From Lama glama (taxonomy: Eukaryota): a DNA stretch of 64,000 nt. The stretch covers positions 49,974,001 through 50,038,000 of the forward strand of contig CM052817.1 of NCBI GenBank assembly GCA_028534125.1. Reading direction: 5' to 3'. Below are positions 54,674 to 64,000 of this stretch, one piece after another. The notes beneath the pieces are model-generated. The model searched no databases. It was not told the DNA's origin and was given only the letters and a program-made list of their open reading frames with translations. Each line of letters starts with the position of its first letter. Position 1 is the first letter of the stretch. The translations under genes and the position numbers were made by a program.

Positions 54674-55867
54674 AAATTCACACATTGCATTTGGTTGATA
54701 TGCTTTTTTTTCTCTCTCGTGTTCTTAATTTTTCAAGTAAAGTTTATTGAGGTATAATTTATAGCAAAAGTCATCTTTTTTTCCTAGAAGCACAGTTATA
54801 GGAGTTTTGACAAATATGTATAGTCATGTAACTACCACCATAATTAAGACATGAATTATTTTCACCACCATAAAAAGTTCCTTCCTGGCTCCTTCCCCCT
54901 GACCTCATCCCCTGACAATCACTGATATCATTTCTGTTCCTATAGCTTTATGTAGTCACCTACATGGACTCATACAGCGGATAGACTTTGATGGCAGGCT
55001 TTTTTCACTTAGTACAGCGTTTTGAGATTCATCTGTGTTATTGCATGTCTCATTAGTTTACTTTTATTGCTGATTCCTCAGAATGGATGCACTACAATTT
55101 GTTTATTCATTCACCAGTTGATGGGAAGATTGTCAGTTGAGTCCATTATGAATAAAGTGAATTTCAAGTTGTAATTGCAACTATGTCAAAATTTCTAGAA
55201 AAATTGATTTTTGGAGTGTCATTTTTAAGGTCTAAAATATTCTCTAAAATAGTTTTAACAATTATAAATTTGAAATTATCTACAACATAAGATCATAAGT
55301 AACTAAAAGTTTCTACTTCTCTTTCAAGTTAAATTTCTGTACACCTTTTTCTCTATATACATGTTTAATACACATAGTTCCATAGACAGATACATAAATA
55401 CACACATGTATACCACTTACCCAGATAAGTAGTGGTGGAAAACCTCAAGATTTTAGTCAGTTGTCATAGAAGTTCATAAGGACTGATCTTAATTTTTTTT
55501 GGTAGGGGGACGTTTGTAATGACAGATCTGGGTTTTATAAACATTACTTCATCAACTAGCAACCCTATTTTAGGATGTTCAAACTCTGCTGGGGCGATTA
55601 AATACTAGGACACATGCAGAGGGAACCGAAAAGTTTGGAAACTGTGGTGTCTCCTTAACTTTTTGTTTTCATAAGGATACTGTTCCATTTATTTTCTAGA
55701 ACAGACCGGTTCATTGCCAACAACGCCTGCATTCTACACGAGTATGTCGTTACATTTCAGGTTCCTCAAAATACCTCTGAGAGTTAGTTTCCAGTGCAAG
55801 CTAGAGGATATAATTTTACATGTGAAATGTATATCTATCATTGTGCTTGCTAAAATTTCTCACTGAA

Positions 55868-56115
55868 GGTAAAAAGAGTATAGTAGCTAAGTGCCAAGTT
55901 CTGGAGTCAGAATACTAGTGTTTATCCCCAGTTCTGCCTTTAATGGTAGTGTGATCTTGAGAAAGTTACTTAAAGTCTGTCTCAGTTCTGTTGTTTATAA
56001 AATATGCTTATTAATTATCTTTTCTCATAGAAATGTTCTAAGAATTAAATAAGTTACTGCATGGAGAGCATTTGGGATACAACTTGCCATACAGTGTGCA
56101 CTCAATAAATGATAG
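55868..56115 (+). mobile_element. MIR SINE (one of several; others at ~2710-2910, 16430-16600, 22640-22790, 24870-25060, 31760-31950)
   Basis: ctggagtcagaa...gtgtgatcttgagaaagttacttaa...ctcagttc...cagtgtgcactcaataaatg MIR core. Confidence 0.7.
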
Positions 56116-56144
56116 TGTACATTGTTATCTATTCCAAATGTGAG

Positions 56145-56236
56145 GGTCAAGGGATAGCTCAGTGGTAGAGTGCATGCTTGGCATTCATGAGGTCCTGGGT
56201 TCAATCCCCGGTGCCTTTGTTAAGGGAAAAAAATGA
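56145..56236 (+). mobile_element. tRNA-Ala-derived SINE, short form
   Basis: gatagctcagtggtagagtgcatgcttggcattcatgaggtcctgggttcaatccccgg; exact 11-bp TSD ccaaatgtgag (56134-56144 / 56237-56247). Confidence 0.85.
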
Positions 56237-56654
56237 CCAAATGTGAGACAGAATTATATAATGTAGTCTTGTTGGCAAAACTTCTGCTAGACCAAGTTAA
56301 AAAATCTCTATAATAATTTCAATAGCATGATCGATTGAAATCTTGGTATGTTCAAGGCATTTCAACTAGATCTAAAAAGGAATTAATCCATATCTCAACA
56401 GCTTTAACATTATTCCCATTTCACAGACAAAAGAATTGAGAAATGTATAGTTAAATTAACTTGCACATAATGGCAGAATTAGTGGATTAGAGTGGAACCC
56501 AGACTTATCTGATTTCAGAGTTAATTTTTAACCCCTCTTCCCTACCAAAAAAGGGTCTTAGCAGGTGATAACATTTATTAAAGCATTATAAGTTTTAAAC
56601 ATTTATTAGCTCAACTCTTGATTAATGACTGTATTCAATAAGTAATGTATTTTT

Positions 56655-57645
56655 TATTACATAGTTATTGACTATATTCCCCGCACTGTGTATTTCATAC
56701 CTGTGACTCATTTATTTTGCAACTGGAAGTTTGTACCTCTTAATCTCCCTCACCTATTTCTCTTCTCCTCTCATACCCCTACCCTCTGGCAACCACCTGT
56801 TTGTTCTCTGTATCTATAACCATCTCTGTTTTGTTAAGTTTGTTCATTTCTTTTTTAGATTTCACATATAAGTAAAATCATGTAGTATTTGTCTTTCTCT
56901 GTCTGACTTATTTCATGTAGTGAATACTCTCTAGGTTCCTCCATGTTGTCACAAACAGCAGAATTTCATTCTTTTTATGGTAGAATAATACTTTATTGTA
57001 TATATATATCCCACATCTTCATTCATCTGTCAATAGGCACTTAAGTTGCTTCTACATCTTGGCCACTGTAAATATACTACTCTGAATATTGGGGAGCATG
57101 AATCTTTTTGAATTAGTGTTTTTGTTTTCCTTGGATAAATACCCAGGCGTGGAGCTGATGGATCATATGGTAGTTTTATTTTTAATTTTTTTGTGGAATC
57201 TCCATACTGTTTTCCATGGTGGCTGCACCAGTTTACATTCCCACCAACATTACACAAGGGTTCCCTTTTCTCCACATCTTTGCCAACACTTGTTATTTGT
57301 TGGTGACATCTGCTTGTAGTTTTGATTTACATTTACCTGTTGATTAATGATGTTGAACATCTTTTCATGTGCCTGTTAGTCATCTGTATATCTTCTTTGG
57401 AAAAATGTCTATTCAGATCCTCTACTCATTTTTTAACCGGGTTTTTTACTTTTTGGAAGTTGCATTGTATGAGTTCTCTGTACATTTTGGATATTTACCC
57501 CTTATCGCATATATCACTTGCAAATATCTTCTATTCAGCAGGTGGTCTTTTCATCTAGCTGATAATTTCCTTCACTGTGCAAAAGCTTTTTAGCTTGGCA
57601 TAGTCCCATTTGTTTATTTTTGCTTTTGTTTCCTTTGTCTGAGAA
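56655..57645 (-). mobile_element. 5'-truncated L1 (ORF2 end + 3'UTR)
   Basis: The ORF 57030-57275(-) peptide [24 protein letters not shown] is the L1 ORF2 C-terminus; imperfect TSD aagtaatgtatttt / aggtgatgtatttt. Confidence 0.85.
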
Positions 57646-58139
57646 GGTGATGTATTTTCTGATTAAAATTCCCTTGCAATTTTTCATTAAATCATTAAAA
57701 AAATAGGACATAGTTTCACAGAATCATGAAATGGTGAGGTCAAGTCTTCAGAGCCTCTAACTTAACTTTCCCATTATGTCATTAAGGAAACAGCCAGAAG
57801 CGTGCCACAGCTTGTCCTAGATGACATAGTTAGTCCAGTGAGCAGGTTTCAAAACTCCTGATTTACGACTCCTTTCAGGACATCATACTTAATTGGTTAC
57901 TTACATAGAATAATTTTGTTGCCAATACCTCAAGAAAATATTATCCACATATTTGAAAAAAGAATACATCATCCATCTTCATTATTATTATTATTATACC
58001 ATTATTGCTTTCAGAGGCGATACATAAATGGGCTGGGTGTGACTGACAAGCCTTCACAGTGAAATATTTCTCTTCAAACGACTTCTGCAATTTGTACCTC
58101 TTATCCTTCCAAGTTTGACTTTTCACTATATGATAGAAT

Positions 58140-58760
58140 TGTCGAGAAGTTTTACACCTCCACGTGAAGGGCAGAGTCCAAGTGGAAAAGGGGGGGGGGG
58201 AGGAGGTGAGGAAGGCGCGACAGGAGGATGAGGGCAGGACTACGAGGTGATGGGCGGGGCTACTGGAAGAATGAGGGGCGGAGTTATGTAAGGCCGTCCT
58301 GAGAGAGAGTACAAGTGAGGGGGAGGGCCCGTAACGGTTTTCTGCGTCTGGAGTCGTACGACCCGCTTTGCGCATGTGCAGCTGGTTTTAAATTGCGTCA
58401 GGCGCGGTGCGCGGGTCGGCGCGCTCGGCGTGTCGCAGCTCCCGAGTTCCCGGTACCTCCCGCCCGCTGTCGCCTCAGGGCGCTGCTGGGCTCCCACTTT
58501 GGCTGCTACCCGAGTGGCTGGGTCCTTACCGGGCTGCTTGGAGCTACGGACCGTGTGGACTTCCGCCCCAACCACCTCCGCAGGCGCAGCCGGGCCCGAA
58601 CATGGCTGCCTGGGGTCTGGTAAGTGCAGGCCCGGCGCCCGCGCTGAGGCGGGGGAGAATGAAGCGTTAGCAGGTGTTGTGGCTTGTGGGGGGTTTCACA
58701 GGGACAGCCGCGCCAATTATTTGAGGTGGGAGTGATCGTGTGCGGATTGCCAGAGTTAAT
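58140..58760 (+). promoter_or_regulatory. CENPC: CpG island promoter / 5'UTR of CENPC
   Basis: The only GC/CpG-rich block in the window. GC boxes (gggcgggg ~58251, gggcggag ~58276), NRF1-like TGCGCATGTGCA 58369-58380, CHR-like TTTAAA 58387-58392, E2F-like CGCGCCAA 58709-58716. Confidence 0.88.
58602..58619 (+). CDS. CENPC: CENPC (centromere protein C) exon 1 CDS
   Basis: Good Kozak aacATGG; MAAWGL then donor gtaagt; the human N-terminus is MAASGL|DHLKN... Confidence 0.9.
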
Positions 58761-59223
58761 TTACTTGTATTGTTTCCTCAAGGTGTCTTGTAGTCCCGGG
58801 TGTGATGGCATCTTTCTCTTGTGGTTTCTACTTTTTTGCCTAACTCCATTTCCCAGTCCTCCATAGAAGTTTCTGGCCAGAGAAGTATTGAAACGCCTTG
58901 AAAGTGTGCCTTTGCTTCAGACTTGTTGGTCTGGAGGGGCGGGCATCTGCTGTTGACAGATAAAGTTTTCTGAAAGGCAGCTGCAACTTAAAAGTGCCAG
59001 CTGTGAATGGCTGAAGGGGGCGGGAACTCATTTTTTGTTTGCATGTTTCTGGACTCCCTTGGTACTCACTATTCTGTATTTCAGACTTCGTTTATAGTTA
59101 CTGTATTTTATACAGCTGATTAACTTGTATTTTCTACTTTATCATTCCTTTTAAGAAAATTCAGTATCGATTAACTCGTATTTGTAATAGAGTTATGTAT
59201 GTGTGCTTGTATGCACAGAGACC

Positions 59224-59688
59224 TGTATTATGGACTAAGAATATTGCCTGCCATTTCGGTAAACATTTCGTAGTGCCCACCTTCAAACCACCCGCAACTG
59301 CAGCTGCCCACCTCGGTGTCATGTGCCTGAGGGGAAGTCAGAACAGAGAAAAACAGGATAATGGACCTAGATAGATAAGATACTTATTTAAGGAATAATT
59401 TCAATGAGTCCAGACTCTTGGAGCTTCCCATATTAGAGAAACACTAACATAATGAACTTGAGGTGTCCGTTTTTTATAATCAGCAGTAATCTTTTGATGT
59501 TTGACTATCTGTCCCCCCACCCCCCTGACCCAAAAAATTCCTGTATGTCCTGACTCCTCCCTTACCTCTTCGGAACCATTCCTCAGTTATCTAAGAGACC
59601 TTAGATATGGCCTATAGTTCTCAGTAAGGTCCCCAAGTAAAACTTAACTTGCAGATATTAACTTGTGCATTTTTTTTTCAGTTAACCA
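59224..59688 (+). mobile_element. ERV1-class solo LTR in CENPC intron 1
   Basis: TG start, cccttacctcttcggaaccattcctcag R-like segment, AGTAAA ~59636, T-rich U5 ending tcagttaacCA; no clear TSD seen. Confidence 0.6.
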
Positions 59689-59764
59689 TTATATATAATG
59701 TAAACAATGTACGTGCTTATGGTAAAAAGTATTCTCTATACCACCCTTTGATACTGTTGATGAG

Positions 59765-60190
59765 GAAAAAAATGATGGATCATATGGTAAGAGTATGTTT
59801 ACTTTTGTGATAAGCCATGAAAGTGTCTTCCAAAGTGGCTGTGCCATTTTGCATTCCAATATGAGTGAGAATTTCCATTGTTCCACATTTGGGGTTGTTC
59901 TTCTAGATTTTGGTCATTTTTATAGGTGTGTAATGGTATCTCATTTTAATTTGCATTTCCCCTTGACATGTGTGGAATGTCTTTTCAAATGCTTATTTGC
60001 CATCTGTATATCTTCTTAGGTGAGGTGTCTGTTAAGGTCTTATTTTTAAATTGGGTTGTTTTCTTATTATTGAGTTTTAAGAGTTCTTTGTATATTTTGG
60101 ATAACAGTCCTTATCAGATTTGCCTTTTGTAAATGTTTTCTCCCAGCCTGTGTTCTGTGGCTTGTCTTCTCATTCTTTCTCTCTTTCTTT
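59765..60190 (-). mobile_element. L1 ORF2 3' fragment
   Basis: ttccaaagtggctgtgccattttgcattcc...gagttctttgtatattttggata; peptide LLPYDP in ORF 59689-59886. Confidence 0.8.
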
Positions 60191-60746
60191 AATACCATGA
60201 TCAGTATTTTATTTGTATCAGTGTTGACATTCATTTTAAATCTGTGATCAATAATCATAATATCAATGATATTATTAATAAACAGTTTATTTTCTCACTG
60301 TGGTCTCTGCCTTTCTGTTAATGAATTTCTCCTACTTCTAGGATGATGTCCTTCAGAATATGGGAAGCTTAGACTGGTTGAAGCTTGTCGTAGTTCTCGC
60401 GCTAAACTTCTTTTCCTGCTTTCCATGCCTCCCGTCAGCCTTCTGTAATCATTGCCCTTGTCCCCCTCTTTCAAAGTTCTCTTTCCTTCTCTGTGTAATG
60501 GGCCTCCTAGGGGACTGCACTTAGATTCTGAGACTCAGGAAGAAAGAAAGAACTTGGAAGAGCAGCTGCTGGTCCATCCTGCTGTCTTCTCATTCTTTTG
60601 ACCATAGGTTTGCTTTTAAAATGTCTATCATAAACTTAGAACTGCTTTGAGCCTTTTAGTTCTAATATCTGACTTTGTGTCATAATTCGTTTAAAAGATG
60701 AGGGGAGAGAGGAGTTGAGAGATTATCCTCACTCAGTCCTGGACTT

Positions 60747-60969
60747 CAGTGCTTTCTAACCTGGTGTGATTTTGTCCTGTAGGAGACATTTGGAAATGTC
60801 TGCAAAAATTTCTGGTTGTCTTGAGAGGGCATAGATGAGGGGGTGCTAAGAGCACCTAATGAGTGGAGGCCAGGGATGCCGCTAAACATTCTAAAATGCA
60901 CAGGGCAGGCCCTCACAACAAAAGTTATCCAGCCCAAAATGTCAGTGATGCTGGGATTAAGAAACTCTG
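60747..60969 (+). mobile_element. MER20 (hAT-Charlie) element
   Basis: cagtgctttctaacc...gacatttggaaatgtctg...gaggccagggatgccgctaaacattctaaaatgcacagg...aagaaactctg. Confidence 0.85.
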
Positions 60970-63569
60970 CTGTGCTGTATATTACTTTCCTTGAGAAACA
61001 TAATCTCACAGTGAATGGAGGAAACTAAAATTGAAATTGAATGAAAAATGAGTTGAAGTAGCAGTTTTTGAATGTGTATTTTGAAAGTTAAAATTTTCTC
61101 TATTCTAACTTTTAATTTAGAATTAAGAGACCTTGTTTGTCTTGTTCACCACTTGTTTTCTAGCAAGCCTAAATAACATTTAGCGGTGCTTGATTCGTAT
61201 TTGCTGAATGAATGAGCTATCTTAGCCTTAAAATTTTTCTATTTAAAAGAGGAACAGAATACTTTACATGGGTTATTTAATATTCAGAAACATTCAGTGT
61301 ACAAATTTGATGATTCTTTCAATTTATTGTGTGAAAATAGAAGGGAGATCTTAAATTAGCCCTTGGAAGGTAGTTAACCAACATTCTCAGGGGTTTACTT
61401 AAGTATTTCAGAACGCTGAGTACTGATGAGAGACCTTAGTGCTTCAGTTAAGTTTCCATCAAATGACTTGTGATGAAATGCAATCTTGTTAGATGTTTTT
61501 GTTCCTTAGTTTGCTACCTATAAAATAGATGTAATCTTTTGCTCCTTAGATACCTCCCAAAGATATAGGCTATGTGAAACACTCTTACCTTCTTTAAAGA
61601 AAGACATTTTTATCTCAAAAGTTTTTGGTCTTATGTATTTGGCATGTCAAAAAGATAACAAAAAATGGTGTTTATGTGATATACAATGCACTAGGCAAGG
61701 CTCTGGGAAGACTGTAAACTAGCTTAAGACACAATCTTTGCTCTCGAAATTTCTTAAAATGTAGTAGAGGTCTTCAGCTTCCAGGATAATTCAATCCAAA
61801 AACTGTTAGGTGGAGCCAAGCAAGGTAGCAGTCCCTATGGATGGGAAGCTACTGTGACCCAGAGGAGTGTGTAGGAGCCTTAGCTGAGTCAGAAGGGTGG
61901 CCCAGCTCAGGATGTTAGAGCATGAGTAGGGTAAAGAGAATGTCTACATGAGATGGGGTCATTTATATCCCATTGGGCCAAGTAAAAGTGAAGCTTACTA
62001 AGCATTTTGTGATAATAATATACTTACTTTTAAAAGCATACTATTCATCTATTACTGTCCAATTTTCAAATAGAAAATTTAACTTTGTAGATTTTACAAT
62101 TAGAATATAGGACCCAGAGTATCGCAGATATACTCTCCATCTCCAATTTCAGCATGTCTGTGTTTTTTATTTTACCTGTTGTTTCCATTGATGGGGACTG
62201 CTTCTTTACTGGGGTTACCTATTTTCTCTTTTTTGAAACATTCTAGCATCTTTTTATACTCAATTTTTCTAATATTTCACTCATATTCCTAAGTATGGAT
62301 CTTCTTAAATTTTCATTATACTGACTGACCACTTATGTCCTACAGATTTGGGGAATTTGATTGTATATCTTTTAGATTTTTATCTCTTGCCTTTTTGTTC
62401 TGTCTGGAATAACTATTGGTCAGAAGTTGGACTTTCTGATTTCTTGGATCTTTATTTTTCCTCCCATTTTCCATCTCTTTGACTTTTGTTCTGTTTTTTT
62501 TTTCTCTCTAGAAGTATCCTCAGCTGTTTCATAATTACTGCATTATTTTAGGTAATCATGTTTTTAATTATTAAGAATTTTTCTCACTCTCTGTCTTGTG
62601 CTTATAGTATACCATTTCTGATTTATGAGTCCAGTATTACCTCAAATCTCTCTTGAAGGTGCTAATTAGCATTTTCTATTTTTTGTGTGTTTTTTTTCTT
62701 TTCTTTTTTTTTTTTTTTGGAATTATCTTCCTCATCCTTGCTATTAGTTTCCTCTTGGGCCTTTTTCTTTTTCATTTTTTAAAATTTATATCTTGATCTT
62801 CCTCTTTTATTTTAGAAACTTAGTGTCTGGTTATCCATAGATGCTGGTAATGTTTAAAACTGCGACAATGGAATACTGTTTTTGAGCGCTGCATTTATGG
62901 GGATAGGGAAAGTGGGGGGAGGGCATCTACTGTTCTCAGAAAATATAAATTTTCTTTGAATTGCTCTGTTTTTATTTCCTGTCTCTTTAGCTCCTTCAGA
63001 TCTCGAGTTTCCTAGTTCTGCATAGTTAGGGCTTTCTCCTGGCTTAACAGCTTCACTCCTCATCCAGGACAGTATCTTGTGAGCTTACTTTAGGCCGCTT
63101 CTGCTTTTACTCTGTTTCATCAGTTACCACGTTTTCATTTGTTTTCCATCTACCAGAAGCTTGTTAAATTTGTTTGTCCACAGATAGTCCTCTCTTCCAT
63201 TCTCCTTCTCATTGTCATTTTATGTCAGTTTATTATTTTACTACTTTAGAGGGATCTCCCTGCAGGGAAAGGTGATAAGTAGATATTATTAGTTAACCAA
63301 CTTGAATTATTGGAAGCCCAGATAATATGATTTTAATGGAAAAGGTATGGGAGGAGGTGGAGGAAGTGGAAGAGGATGGAATAAATCCCAGGGTAAGGAA
63401 ATAGTGTAAACAAAGTTTTGGAAACAGTAGATATGAGGCAAGTTCTTTTTCACTTGATCCAGAAGAATTCCTCTTTATAGTATTATAATACACAATCACT
63501 AAATACTTGCTGAATGAATAAATGAAGAACTTAAATTTTCACCAGATTGATGATTTACTTTCCTTTCAG

Positions 63570-63616
63570 GATCATCTTAAAAATGACTATAGGAGAAGAT
63601 TCTGCCGATCTTCCAG
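63570..63616 (+). CDS. CENPC: CENPC exon 2 (N-terminal MIS12-complex-binding region); gene continues beyond the window
   Basis: ctttcag| DHLKNDYRRRFCRSS(R) |gtgatt; 47 nt; matches recalled CENP-C DHLKNGYRRRFCRPSR. Confidence 0.93.
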
Positions 63617-64000
63617 GTGATTTATATACTTAAGCTTTTAAGATGATTTTTATTCCCATCTTCAGAAAGTAGAATTTTTAAATGAAGAAAGGAAAAACTG
63701 TTATCTCTAACTAAAATAATAATTTCTATGCCCACTGATTGTGTAGTCATCTTAGTTATTTTATATTAACAGAAGACTGTTAATGCAAGCAGTGCAGTGA
63801 CTTGATGGAAGTGAGAAAAGAAATTCACCTGTTAAATGGTGGACCAGGAAGAAGCAGTTTCAGTTCTGACTAAATGACAGCTATGGGGAAACACTCTAAA
63901 GTCGATTGAATGGTAATAATAGAAAGATGTAGTTTATTCCATGGGGCTAAAAGAAAAGGTGGATGTGGTTCTAAAAGGGCAGTAGAAGGATCTTTGTGGT

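Noticed and set aside
57030..57593. ORFs resembling protein fragments
   Set aside because: Decayed L1 ORF2 C-terminus and its antisense frames; not a gene.
58374..58391. Short uORF (MCSWF*) upstream of CENPC
   Set aside because: It overlaps the NRF1/CHR-like promoter motifs and is probably upstream of the TSS; cannot be supported without TSS data.
57941..58735. Overlapping 87-144 aa ORFs on both strands at the CpG island
   Set aside because: Expected from the low stop-codon density of GC-rich DNA; no recognisable domain; the real coding part is the 18-nt CENPC exon 1.

Overview
Mammalian genomic DNA, AT-rich and repeat-dense, most likely a camelid (four tRNA-Ala-derived SINEs resembling the camelid Vic-1 type). 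It covers the conserved UBA6-STAP1-CENPC block. (i) The last three coding exons and 3'UTR of UBA6 on + (644-4441, UTR beyond). (ii) The complete 9-exon STAP1 gene on - (ATG 47910 to stop 14169; 894 nt CDS, 297 aa, all introns GT-AG). (iii) The CpG-island promoter and first two coding exons of CENPC on + (58602-58619, 63570-63616). The rest is L1/L2/CR1 fragments, MIRs, MaLR/ERV LTRs, hAT and Tigger-type elements and microsatellites. Almost all ORFs in the supplied track are chance or repeat-derived. I found no convincing novel biological system. The most interesting local observations are a tandemly duplicated splice acceptor at STAP1 exon 8 that could give a premature-stop isoform, a modular palindromic element in the last UBA6 intron, a truncated ERV with a decayed tRNA-Ser primer site and PU.1/IRF motifs upstream of STAP1, and a sense-oriented solo LTR in CENPC intron 1. 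Gene and repeat names come from recall of known sequences; no search was run.
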